A model generated the notes under the pieces. The model was given only the letters and a program-made list of their open reading frames with translations, had not been told where the DNA came from and made no database searches. From assembly GCA_951406725.2 (NCBI GenBank), contig OX597821.1, positions 71,672,001-71,736,000 of the forward strand: 64,000 nt of DNA, in the 5' to 3' direction. Positions 26,586 to 40,608 of the stretch are shown piece after piece. The position numbers were made by a program, and so were the translations under genes. Positions within the stretch are counted from its first letter, which is position 1. Each line of letters starts with the position of its first letter. The stretch is from Octopus vulgaris. Lineage: Eukaryota.

Positions 26586-27346
26586 TACAGGGTTTTCGGG
26601 TTAAATTTGACAATTTTTCATGTCTTCTCTTTTCAGATACATCGTGATGTACTGGGGGACAGTCAACGGCGTTGGAGAGCATAAAGGTAAGAGTTGTAGT
26701 TGAGAAAAAGGCACTTGACATATTGGATTGGAAGTCAACTGAATATTGGAAAATGGTTATCAATATACCATGATGATTGGCGCCGGCATCACAATGCCGC
26801 CATCTTGACTGCTTCTCAATGCCCTGTGAACACAATAAAAGCTGCTGCAAGACGTGACAGGGACCACTACAATCATGACTACGAAGCCGTGGCCAACAGA
26901 AAGGGGCACAACAGGCGTTCTGGGTGTGTCCGAACGCTGGAATTCAACCCCACATCTTTGAATAAGGACTTAGGCTCAACTCAGACAGCTTAATGAATAT
27001 GTTAGGGACTGTGATGATCCCTAGCTGGAGAGAGTTGCTGCTGGAAACTCATCTGTGTGGCGGCAGGATTCGAGTGTTTTCTCATACTTCTGGAGAGAGT
27101 CAGGAATGGTTTGCAGAGAATTTCTGCAACTTCACCAGCCCCATTTCCAGCTTCCTAATTCACCCAATTTTATTCCCACAAGTTATTATGTGTGGGTTGA
27201 CAAAGATACCAACCGCTCTGCCTTCGACAATCGAGGGCGAGCTGGTCACGAAGATCAAAGAAGTGTTCGAAATTCTTCCTACGGACACCATGAGGAATGC
27301 GTCCGCCAGGTTCCGGAGCCGTCTTGTGAGTGTGATGGAAGCATAG
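26586..27346 (+). pseudogene. Decayed Tc1/mariner-superfamily transposase remnant (maT/DD37D-like)
   Basis: Across frames: WRQDS...SQEWFAENF...PNSPNFIPTSYYVW...TN...ASARFRSRLVSVMEA, echoing the QQD...PPNSPDLNPLDYYVW catalytic region. A ta-cagggt possible terminus lies at 26586. Confidence 0.6.
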
Positions 27347-27964
27347 GACGCCTTTTCAATATAATTTCTAAAGTCAGTGTTACGGTTTTTCTTCCACCAC
27401 CACCAATAGCAACGACAACAATAATAAAGGAGATGATAATGATGATGCTGATGATGATGATTGAAATATAAAAATCACTGGGAAATGTTGTTTACAACAT
27501 TTCTAAAAATAGCCCAACAAATACTGCTTTGGCCACGGTCAAAATACAGGTCTCTTGACATGTTCAACAAACCGTGACGCCAAAACCAAACAGCAATCAA
27601 CTTAAGTAATTTAGTAAAATCACACACTGATTGGTCAGAATACAGTTTGAAAAAATTAACATTCTGGAGTCTATACAAATGTATTTAACCATCTCACTAA
27701 AGTTGTAAATTGGAAAACATAACTGTCACCACTACTACATGAACCGGAAGATTGCATAGTTTAATGCAGGAAAGTACTAGTTCAATCAGAATGGACATTT
27801 AATATTCTATCATTTCATATTATATTATCTTATATTATTATAAGATTGTAAATGAAGCGTGAAAATCAAAGTTGGAATTTCTTTAAGTAATATATTCTTC
27901 TATACACAATCATACACACCCGTGTTTATCTATCTATCTATCTATCTATCTATTTATATATATA

Positions 27965-28543
27965 TAGTAATAATAAAAGGGTGAAATTAATTAATTAGGG
28001 ATAATTATCAATTACACCAAGTAGATTTCGGTATGTAAAAGCCCCATTCGAGGAAAATTTAAGTAATACTAAGTAATTAAGGGTTTAGCAACGAGTTGCC
28101 TCACCAACACACCGAATTTAGAAATAGCAGTCAAAGAGATATAGCTATTCCTTCTACTAAAAGGGGGATCTCAGTAAAAACACAGCACTTAAAAGGCAAA
28201 CACAGACAGGTAAGAAAGAAAGAATGAAATGACGGCAATCCATCATGCAATTTTAAGTTACCTACGGACGTACGTTTCGAGATCAAGTTTTAGGATATCA
28301 TAAGAATTAGAAACTTCTACTTTACCCAGACTTCTTCTCTCATCGGCGTAGGATACTACAATTGTGAATAATTGTATATTAAATTTTGAGATACTAGAAA
28401 GCGTCATCTCAACTCAGTGTCAGAGCGAGCCAAAGCATGACCAGTACCACGAAATTCAAAGTTTGAATGAAAGTTTGTGTCCCACCCGCGTGTATTCTCT
28501 CTCTCTCTCTCTCTCTCTTGCCTCACCAACACACCGAATTTAG

Positions 28544-28581
<38 letters not shown>

Positions 28582-28867
28582 AAGTTACCTACGGACGTAT
28601 TTCGAGATCAAGTTTTAATATGGAAACTTCTACTTTACCCAGACTTCTTCTCATCGGCGTAGATACTACAATTGTGAATAATTGTATATTAAATTTTGAG
28701 ATACATCTCAACTCAGTGTCAGAGCGATAAACCACGTAATTCAAAGTTTGAATGACATCGATATTATGTAAATAGGGGAATTTATCTGAAAATGTTATAT
28801 GTGACAGTTATTCGGTAGCCATGATAAAACTCCGAGTTTTATCATGGCTACCGAATAATTGTCACAT
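27965..28867 (-). mobile_element. Penelope-like terminal-repeat remnant: two tandem hammerhead-bearing copies plus a terminal palindrome
   Basis: 28250-28470 is repeated with deletions at 28577-28755; near-perfect hairpin at 28799-28867; TA-rich flanks. Confidence 0.75.
28261..28352 (-). ncRNA. Type I hammerhead motif with long stem II insert
   Basis: ccuacg CCGAUGA gaga...ucuc GAAAC GUAC GUC cguagg: perfect 6-bp stem I, GUC site, palindromic ACGUACGU. Confidence 0.8.
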
Positions 28868-28912
28868 TACATTTACACACATACACACACACACACACAT
28901 ACACACACACAC

Positions 28913-28943
<31 letters not shown>

Positions 28944-29209
28944 TGTATGTATGTATGTATGTATGTATGTATGTATGAACGTATGTATACTCATACATAC
29001 ATACGTACGTACGTATATACGTACATAGATACATAGATACGTTCGTACATGCATACATATATGTGTTTGCGCGCGCGTGCATGCCTATTTCTTCAGAAGC
29101 CTTATCTCTTTATGCCTCCGCCACTCAGGGCGACAGAGTCTGGAGAGGCTTAAAAATACAAATCTACATCCCAACATTTTATAATTACATATACATAGTG
29201 TGACGGAGT

Positions 29210-29285
<76 letters not shown>

Positions 29286-29772
29286 ATTATAAGCATGTAT
29301 GTGTGTTTTAAATGTATAATTGTTATTTTTTCTTTTTTTAATACGCTTGTCATGATCATGAAGATTATCTAAACCCCATATATCATAATTAATTCCTTCT
29401 TTTTTCACCATCACCATCATCATTATCATCATCATCCTTATCATCATCCTCGTCATAATCACCCGCAATACTCGCCGTAGCAGCACCATTATTATCGTTT
29501 GACTCAGAAGGTTGTAAATTAAGCGGTTTGCGGTCCAAAGAAATCAGATCGCAGCAAGAATATTGCAAATAATGGTTTGAGCTGTGTAACCAGAGCCGAC
29601 CATTTCCTACGTACGTCGTCTGCCTCTTCTTCTTCAGATGACATGGCGTTAATTCATCCATTGTGCCAACAGACAAGACAGCTGCAGCTTTCGATTCACT
29701 TCCCAGTACAGAGAAATCGTAAATAATACAAAGAAATTGTAAAACTCAGTGGGTGGTGGACAGAAAGAGACG

Positions 29773-29776
<4 letters not shown>

Positions 29777-29870
<94 letters not shown>

Positions 29871-29913
29871 CACAGACAGACAGACAGAGAGAGACAGACA
29901 GACAGACAGAGAC

Positions 29914-29946
<33 letters not shown>

Positions 29947-29980
29947 GACAGAGGCAGAGAGAGAGAGACATAGACAGACA
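29777..29980. repeat. (GA)n/(GACA)n microsatellite
   Basis: Seen directly. Confidence 0.95.
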
Positions 29981-30494
29981 GAATAGGCCAGAGATAGAAG
30001 GGATGAGAGGGAGAGTTGTAATATTAGAGTCAGAAGAAGAAAATGAGACGTAAAGTGAGGCGGAGGGAAAAGGGTTAATATAAAGACGAAAAGAAACCGA
30101 AGTTGTACAGCGTTCCAGATAACGTTTTTATAGTTTCCCTCCATGTTGTTATCGGATCGCTTGTTGTGAAAGCCGTGTTTACTTGTCGCATTATTTACTC
30201 AACTTCATGTAATATTGGGCAAAATATATCCGTTATCTGTCTTCCATCGACTTTCATTAAATTCAAGGAAAAAACTTTTTCAGTAAACTAATCATCCAAG
30301 TAAAAACAAAAAAGAATAAGTTAACAAAACGGAATGAGAGGGAAAGAAGGAGAGAAAGTGTGAGTGAGAGAGAGGGAGCGTTTGTGTGTGTACGTGCGTG
30401 TATGTGTGATGTGTGTGGTGTGTGTGCTTATGTGAGTGAGTACTTGTGTGTGTACGTGTGTGTATGTGTGTGGTGTGTGTGCGTGTGTGTGTGT

Positions 30495-30545
<51 letters not shown>

Positions 30546-30784
30546 GCTGTGTGTGCGTGTGTAAAATAGTGCTTCAAGCCAGGTTTAAAATATAAAGGGC
30601 TTCTTCGCGAATCACAGATATCTCATTTCTGTGGCCGTAGGTCGATCGATGGACCCGAGAAAGAATTTTAGGAGCTGGAAACAACACGAAAGACCGTGTT
30701 TCTCAAGAAACAGCATCATCTAAAATTTAGCTGACAGCACACGGTTGGAAGCCATCGAAATGAAACTGTTCTTCTTTCTCTCTT

Positions 30785-31632
30785 GCCGAGGCGATTAAAA
30801 GTGGCATCACATCCGACATTTTGGCAGCGAGGTTGGCCCTCGACCAACACTTCAACGCCAAACACGAAGGGTGTGTTATCAGAGCTAGGATGGGTGCTCT
30901 AAGGAACGAAGGTGTTGAAGCCGCGCGAGAGGCCCGGGTGGCAGAAGCGCAACAGGGCAACAAAGCCACCATTCGGTCTCTGGTAGATGAACAGGGGCGC
31001 GAATTACTCGAGCCAAGTAAAATGTGTGAGGCCTTTCAACAGCATTTTGCCCGACTGTTCGGGACAAGTAGAAAGCGAGAAAACAGGGTGGACTTCAATG
31101 CCTACCTACACAGCCTGTTAAGACTCTCGACAAGAGAGACAGGGTGCTGCGAAGGTGCCATCACAGCGGCGGATGTGCGGGACGCGATTAAAGAATGCTC
31201 GAGGGACAAATCGCCGGGTTTGGGTGGCCTACCCTACGAGCTTTACAGTTGTATGCCAGACTTTTTGGAGACGTTTTGTAAGCCGAGGACCCGTAACGCT
31301 GCTGAAGAAAGATCCAAACAAAGGGGACGTAATAGATAACTTCAAGCCCATCACTCTGCTCAATGCAGACGTGAAAATTTTGGCCAAGGTGTTAGCCAAG
31401 AGGTTGGCGCTTGTCATTGAGAAACTGGTCGACAAGGCGCAAACGTGCGCCGTGCCGGGCTAGAGCATCCATGACAACCTCCATCTGATGTGCTACATCA
31501 TAGACAGGATAGTTAAGGAACCTGGCATGGGTGGGGCCCTGATCAACTTGGATCAATCCAAGGCTTTCAATAGGGTAGACCATCAATACATGGAGGCTGT
31601 CCTCAAAGCGGCTGGTTTTAGGCCCGTCTGAC
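30785..31632 (+). mobile_element. L1/Tx1-clade LINE ORF2 fragment (linker plus N-terminal RT motifs), disrupted
   Basis: KSPGLGGLPYELY, NFKPITLLNADVKILAKVLAKRL, QTCAVPG*SIHDNL, LDQSKAFNRVDH; frameshift near 31270 and a stop at 31461. Confidence 0.9.
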
Positions 31633-32855
31633 GAAGCATTTGAACTCAATGTGAAAAACTCGGAAAAATAGAACTCGATATTTTATTCGATATCAAACGA
31701 TTTTACCAAATCACCGCTTTGTGAGAATTGCTACCGTACTTAAAAATATATTCTAACCAATAAAGATATATTCTAACGATGCTATTTAAAGTATATCTCG
31801 ATATAAGTATATGTTTATGTAATGGAGCCTTCAGAAGTTGCTGTGGCTAATGCATAACGTTCCACAGACGCACAAAAGTCATACACATGCAGAAAATAGA
31901 TTAAAGAACGAATATTGAAGGCATTCATACATTGATGAATTTTAAAGTATATGCGTCATTGCTCAATCTGTTACAGCTGTTTAGTATCCTTTCACCTTTC
32001 CTTCTATATTTTATGCACCTCATTGCTTACTAACTGGTTTACATCGCTCTACAAGCGTCAGCACGCTGTAAAAAATTCATGTTCACACTTTGCAAGCGTA
32101 TCGCAGCCATTTTGATTAACAAAAGATGTCGCAATCTCGTCATAGGAGCCTGCGCTTTCGATTAATGAAATTATTTCAGCTGTGTAGCAGGCTGCATACA
32201 TCTTATACATCTCTTCTCTCTCGTCTGCCACATTACAGATATACGCTCTCTTAATCAAATACTTCATGCGTTGGTGCCTTTGTGAGCATGTGTGTGTGTG
32301 TGTGTGTGGGAGCATGTGCGCGTGTGTGTGTGTGTGTGTGCGTGTGTGTGTGTGTGCGTGGATATCCAAGGTGGACATCTTCGTAATAAGCATAAAATGA
32401 ATGCAGAATATTGTTCTCATTAATATATGTATTCGCAGGTCACTGTACGCACGCACACACACACACACACATACACACACACACGCGCGCACACGCACGC
32501 ACACACTTAGCACTATACCCCACCCCACCCCGCCACTTATAGAATAGGTTTCTGTAATTTCGTTTGTTTTTATTTTAATAGAGACAGTCCCGCCTTCTTC
32601 CCTGGTAAATACAATGGCTGACAGCCCGTATTATCCGCAAACTTAAATACTACTCTTATCGTTATAATGACGGGTTTCGAGCATTGTGGCCTCGGTGAAA
32701 TGGGTCTTCATAGACGTGCCATTTCCAAACAGACGGGATTATTAGCAATTTGTTGATATCTTAGATAATTACACATCTTCGTTACTAAGTGTCTTTAATT
32801 TTCCTTTTTTCTTTTTGTCTGAAATGAATTAATTAGTTTAATGTTACATATTGCA

Positions 32856-33425
32856 AGGCGGCGAGCAGGCAGAACCGTTAGCACGCCGGGCGAAATGCTT
32901 TGCGGTATTTCGTCTGCCGTTACGTTCTGAGTTCAAATTCCGCCGAGGTCGACTTTGCCTTTCATCCCTTCGGGGTCGATAAATTAAGTACCAGTTATGC
33001 ACTGAGGTCGATATAATTGACTTAATCCGTTTGTCTGTCCTTGTTTGTACCCTCTGTATTTAGCCCCTTGTGGGTAGTAAAGAAATAGCTATTCGTCTGC
33101 CGCTACGTTCTGAGTTCAAATTCCGTCGAGGTCGACTTTGCCTTTCATCCTTTCGGGATCGATTAAATAAGTACCAGTTACACACTGGAGTCGGTATAAT
33201 CGACTTAATCCGTTCGTCTGTCCTTGTTTGTCCTCTTTGTGTTTAGCCCCTTGTGGTTAGCAAAGAAATAGAAATAGGTACTTCGTCTGTCTTTACATTC
33301 TGAGTTCAAATTCTGTTGAGGACGACTTTGCTGTCATCCTTTCAAGGTCGATTAAATAAGTACTAGTTACGTACTGGCCCTCTCCCCCAAAATTTCGGGC
33401 CTTTTACGTAGAGTAGAAAAGAATA
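32856..33425 (+). mobile_element. SINE family A, head-to-tail trimer
   Basis: Full monomer 32856-33088, then headless units from 33089 and about 33278. Confidence 0.9.
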
Positions 33426-33600
33426 TGTTATATATTATGTTAATTCAGTGCATGGCATATATTATGTTAATTCAGTACATGGCATATATTATGTTAAAAC
33501 ACCATATGACCTATCAGTGTTACAAGACTGAAACTTACGCTTCAAAGTCACTTTCGATAAAAAATATTATTATCATTATTGTTACTATTAATATCATTAA

Positions 33601-33788
33601 GGCGACGAGCTGGCAGAATTGATAGCACGCCGGGCAAGATGCCTAGTGGCATTTCGTCTGTCTTAAGGTCCTGAGATCAAATTCCTATGAGGTCGACTTT
33701 ACCTTTCATCCTTTCGGGGTCGATGAAATTAGCACCAGTTGCGTACTGATGTCAATGTAATCGAATTCTACTGTCTATAGTAGAAAGG

Positions 33789-33838
<50 letters not shown>

Positions 33839-33940
33839 GGCAGCAACCTGGTGGAATTCGGATAGTCTCTTAGTGATCTCTACTCTTCTGAATCCAAATT
33901 CCACGGAGCTGATTTTTTTTTTCATCCTTTTGAGGTCGTT
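33601..33940 (+). mobile_element. Two further family A SINE copies separated by (ATT)n
   Basis: ggcgacgagctggcagaa at 33601-33790; degenerate copy at 33838-33940. Confidence 0.75.
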
Positions 33941-34049
33941 ATGGCCTTGCTTTTTGCTTTTTGAGCCAAAAAATTAACTTAACTTAACTTAACTTAAATA
34001 CCACTTGATACATATTTGTGTGTATGCGCGCGCGTGTGTGTGTATGTCC

Positions 34050-34080
<31 letters not shown>

Positions 34081-34083
<3 letters not shown>

Positions 34084-34150
34084 TTTATTAAAAGCAGCAG
34101 AAATATCACAAAAACTGTTACTCAGAGTTTCACGTTCCCGTTCGTCAGCA
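34081..34150 (-). mobile_element. Penelope-like fragment with hammerhead motif (34115-34150); same family as 50668-50921
   Basis: CUGACGA acg-ggaa-cgu GAAAC UCUGA GUA acag; the 5' strand of stem I is truncated; follows (TA)n. Confidence 0.7.
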
Positions 34151-34154
34151 CCAC

Positions 34155-34372
34155 TTTAAGGGGGTTTAACTCGAACAAATCGACCGCATGACTTATTTTT
34201 CAAGCCTAGTACATATTGTGGTGAACCGTTATGTAATGGGGATGTAAACACACTAACACCCGTCGTCCAGTGGTGATGGGTGGACAAGCACAGACACAAA
34301 GACACACACATACAAACACACACACACACACACACATGCGCTCGCACATATATGTATGTGTGTGTGTGTGTG

Positions 34373-34412
<40 letters not shown>

Positions 34413-34565
34413 TATAAAAACATTTTCGACAGGTTTCTTCTAGTTTCCGTCTATCAAATCCACTCACAAGGTTTCGGTCGACCCGAGGCGAGTAGAATGA
34501 TATTTGTCCAAGGTGCCATGCAGTGGGACTGAGCCTGGAACCTTATGGTTGGGAATCAAGCAGAA
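34155..34565 (-). mobile_element. SINE family B
   Basis: Reverse complement of the family B body. Confidence 0.8.
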
Positions 34566-34598
34566 ATATATATATATATATGTACAGACAGAGAAGTT

Positions 34599-34633
<35 letters not shown>

Positions 34634-35424
34634 AAACAGATAGACAGACTGATAGACAGACATATAGGTTAAGAAAACGGCGGGACATGGAGATATTGAC
34701 AACTACATACATCCATTTGTCCGTAGATGGGGCTTTGTCCTTTAGCTCTGGGCCAGTATTCATGGGGCGGCTCTATAGTTATAACGATCTTACCGTAATG
34801 ATCAGGTCCCTTTTTTCTGGCCCCGGTATATCTGCTAACACATTACCGAATTTGTCAATCTTTTTGGCATAACCGTAGAATGTGGTTTGAAGATAGCTGG
34901 CTGCTAGTTCTAATTCATTTTTATAAAGCTACGCACGTGCATACTCGCAGACACACACATACACACACACTCACATACACACACACACATTCACACGCGC
35001 ACATACTCTTACATATATGCACATATATGGACATGCGTACATATATATACACATATGTGCATTTACATATATTCAAGCACATACATACACTCCCAGAAAT
35101 GCATCGAGACACACACACACACACAGAAATAACATACACAATTATATACTTGCTTATATACTTGCATATTACGTGTATAAACACACAGGCGCAAACACTA
35201 TACCACAACATAAGTACACGCACATATGCACACATAAATATCATATTTCACACAAACACACACATATACGCATACATACACACATAAACATCATACCCTA
35301 ACACACACATTCGCATAGACTAATTACACATATAACCTGTTCTGACAAATACATTCACACACACAGAGACGTATATCACGTGATCACGTGATATATATAT
35401 ATATGTGTGTGTATGTATGTATGC

Positions 35425-35473
<49 letters not shown>

Positions 35474-35816
35474 TACAATCTGTCTCTACAACTATCAACG
35501 TCGTCTCGTTCCTTGGGGATTAACACAAGAAAATTATTTTATTTTTATTCCTTATTTCCACAACGTAACATAAGAAACAATAAGGAAATATTTATAAAAT
35601 GGTTTGTGAAACCTAACCATTATTATAACAGAAAACAAAGGATTAAACAAGCTATTAGTTCGTTGGTTACATAACTAAACAATTGACAAGTAATTATATA
35701 AAGAAGTGTAAGTGGACCAGTGCGTTTATTGTTGGTGTAATGGCCCTCCTGAGAGTCAACAATGTGTGTGTCAGGGGTGTTGGGTCTGTATCTGTCTTGG
35801 TAGTCTGTATGTTTGG

Positions 35817-35890
<74 letters not shown>

Positions 35891-36699
35891 CTCTGTTTAT
35901 GTGTGCGCTTTTGTGGCGTCCTGCGACCTATTCGTGTGTATTTTGTCTTACACTCAAAATGTTTAATCGTCTTAGATTTTAGTAATTTTCCAACTGACAA
36001 TTGATTGATGGAAACATTTCTGGATTTAGTTAAAGGATTCTCTTCAGTTTTATTTATTTACTCTTTTTTAAAAAATGTTTTGGATGAACCTTTTCCAGCC
36101 CTTCCTGAATGTATTTTTTATTCTTGGTTAATTTTGTTATTGCTTTTGTTGTTGTTGATAATGATGCTTGCATTTTGATTTATTTATTCTATTTTGGATC
36201 GTATATCAACAACAACATCTTAATCAATCGCAATGTGAAACACCATGTGGTGCCGCTTGAGTGTTTTATGAAAATATATTGCAAAGGTGACAACTGGCAC
36301 TCCATTGAAACAGAACGTCTTAATCCTCGCAGAATGCAAGCTCATCATCTAGAGGCGCATATATATATACATGCTGTCCCCGCCACAGAAACGTTTCCGT
36401 TCTTATAAACTAACAACGAGCTTTCCTCTTGAGGCCCACACGATGTATTCGTTCCTCGCTATGTCGTCACCCCTTGCTGTGTCTCAAGCCTCAAATCCCG
36501 CACACTGAGCACTAAACATTTGCAAATCATTTCACTCCTCAAGCGCTGACCTCTGCCATACCATCCACACCTATGTTTGTTTTCGCAGTGCTTCTCACGG
36601 ATCAGTTTCGTTATCGTTTATTTATCCATCATTTTTTATTCGGCTCCTTTTTTATAAAAAAATATTTCATTTTAGCAAAACATTAGCACATATATTCAG

Positions 36700-37150
36700 G
36701 CTGAAGAAAATCGATTACATCAACTCATATATATTGGCTGGTAACTAATTTTACCGCGGAAAGATAAAAATCGGTATATAGGTGGAATGTGACCGTATAA
36801 CGTAAAGACAAGTAACTTAACTACGCGACGTATTTCGTCTGTTGCTCCACCAATTTTCTAATCCACCAGCCAACATCTTTTATCTTTAATCTCGTAGAGC
36901 AGCCATTCTGGAGCACCATCTCGAAGGGTTTCAGTCGATCAAATTGACCCTACTACTTAATCGTTCTAAGTTTTGTACTTATTCTATCCCTTTTGTTGAA
37001 CCGCTAAGTTACGGGAAGGTAAGGAGACCGACACGGACATTAGTCGGTCCGTTACTATAACAGAAGACACTTGCACAAAGTGTCACTCATTGGAACTGAA
37101 ACCTCGAGAACGCTGTTGCTAAGCAAGCTTTTTAACCGTTCGGCCATGGC
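36700..37150 (-). mobile_element. Adjacent old degenerate SINEs (family A 36700-36870, family B 36880-37150)
   Basis: Recognisable core and tail words with many substitutions. Confidence 0.55.
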
Positions 37151-37283
37151 CTCACCTTCATGGATATGTTCCGCCAGTCTAACCTGCATGATATACCTGG
37201 AGAAAGAAGGTCGGCGGATCATTAAACATCAAAAGACCTCTCATCATCTTTATAACCATCCTCATTAAGCTCACCATCATCAC

Positions 37284-37355
<72 letters not shown>

Positions 37356-37429
37356 CATCATCATTATCATCATCATCATCATCATCGTCGTCGTCATCGT
37401 CATTATCATCATCATTATGTTTTTAAGTT

Positions 37430-37649
37430 TTATTTTTTATTCTTTCACTTGTTTCAGTCATTATACTGCGGCCACGCGTGGCACTGCCTTGAAGAATTTT
37501 AGCCGAACGAATCGACCCCAAGACATTTTTCTTTTAAGCCTGAAGTTTATCCTATCGGTTTCTTTTAAGCGAACCGCCGCGTTACGAGGACGTAAACACA
37601 CCAACAACGGTTGTTAAACTGTAGTGGGAGACACAAACACACACACACT

Positions 37650-37726
<77 letters not shown>

Positions 37727-37752
37727 GTATGTGTATACATATACACACACAC

Positions 37753-37800
<48 letters not shown>

Positions 37801-38232
37801 GAAAAGAACGCAAAACATCCAAATAGACGATACAATAACACGGACGGGTCATTCGAAGCCTTTAATCTTTAGTCAAGAACCGGATCATCCTCTCAATTTC
37901 GGGTGATTAATCTTGAGATTGCTCCAATCTGGCCAGCCCCAAGGAAAAACAAAGCTAAGAGCATTAGATTCCTTGGAAAAAGGATCGAATGTATACGAAA
38001 CAAGGACGGAAAAACAGATGATGTTACACGAATATAAATATAAAAATAATACAAAAAAATAATACGAATATAAATATAACGGGCTTCTTTTTAGTTACGG
38101 CCAACGAAATCCACTCACAACGCTTTGGTCGGCTTGAGGCTTTAGTAGAAGACACTTGCTCAAGGTTCCACGCAATGGAACTGAACCTAGAACCATGTTA
38201 TTGGGAAACCAGCTTCTTACCATACAACCACA
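37430..38232 (-). mobile_element. SINE family B split at its internal microsatellite by an unrelated insert (about 37799-38077)
   Basis: Tail 37430-37650 and head 38078-38232 are collinear with intact copies. Confidence 0.75.
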
Positions 38233-38235
38233 CTG

Positions 38236-38968
<733 letters not shown>

Positions 38969-39311
38969 AGACTGATGGACTGCAGAATCTCTAGAGAGTA
39001 TTTGGTTACCCTTAACTTTACGCCACCCTCAAAACACTCATAAAAACGATTTGAAATTTACAAATTTCTTTCCGAATTATATAATGTTTACATTATGTAT
39101 TTAATGATATGGCAGATTTGTGAGCGAGTTTATTATGTCCTTCCTAACGAGTGCCAACTTTATGTACACTGCATATATGCACCGTCAGCCGTTTGCTAGA
39201 GAACTGGTTAAGCTTTTATACGTGATCTGTTGTGTGGTTTTTAACAACGTGTGGGTAGAGTGCGTACCGGCATCTAAGTAAACATACATGCTACATATAT
39301 ATACAATCATT

Positions 39312-39581
<270 letters not shown>

Positions 39582-39882
39582 TAAGATCCTGGAATGATAG
39601 AAAGAAGCGGTATTTCTAATGCAACATTCGACCTGAGTTTGAGGCTGTCTACATTTACACTCTTGAACTGTAGTCTTAAGGGAGTTGAAAATTCATCTGG
39701 TGTAGAAAGTGAAGGTGTCATATCGCTAAAGACTAACGTATGGGTCTCACGAAGATACACACATACACATATATATGGTATCCTTCTATCTAAATATATA
39801 TCGATAGCTGCCTCTTTACAGCGTCACTTCCGTTGGGTAGTTAGGATTGACTTTCACCTGTCGACGGCGTAGTGTTAAGGCG

Positions 39883-40288
39883 TGACCTTAACCAGTTGAG
39901 CATGTCCTTTAGTGGCTGGCGATATGTGCATCTCTGATCATGAGCAGAAGCAGTGGGGGAGCATCATAGCCATGTGTCGAGAGGGGTTCTTTGGGGTTTG
40001 AATAATTCACCCCTGGAAACATGGGTGTTTCGTTCAACATCCTTAAACAACCCTTATTCAGGGACCTTTTAAGCAGGATGGGTTACTCGACCAGAAGAAA
40101 ATTCTAACTGGGCCCCACCTGCAAGGTCATTTGCTGTTTATCTTGATATGAGATCACCATGTCACGCACATATGGTTGTAATGCATGTGCCTAGTGTACC
40201 CTTATCAGACGGGTAGTCATGATGGGTATACTGGGCTTCGTATATTTTACCCCAGTGTCACTTTGACGGCATGCACTGCATCTCACTC

Positions 40289-40289
<1 letters not shown>
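39883..40289 (+). mobile_element. Family D element, truncated, followed by (TAA)n
   Basis: Reverse complement of 38313-38720. Confidence 0.85.
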
Positions 40290-40347
<58 letters not shown>

Positions 40348-40608
40348 TGATGATGATGATGATGATGATGACGACGACGACGATGATGATGATGATGACG
40401 ACGACGACGACTTCGACGATGACGACAACGACAACGACAACGACGACAACGACAACAACAACAACAAAAATAGCAATATCAATAACAATAATAACAATAA
40501 TAACAATAATAACAATAATAATAATAATAGTAATAATAATAGTAATAGTAATAGTAATACTAATAATAATACTAATAATAATACTAATACTACTAATAAT
40601 AATAATAG
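40290..40608. repeat. Compound (TAA/TGA/CGA/CAA)n microsatellite
   Basis: Seen directly. Confidence 0.95.

Noticed and set aside
33425-33500. 27-bp tandem repeat, about 2.7 copies
   Set aside because: Ordinary local duplication with no spacers; not CRISPR-like.
37840-37940. Hammerhead in the insert within the split SINE
   Set aside because: Core-like words are present, but there is no consistent three-way junction.
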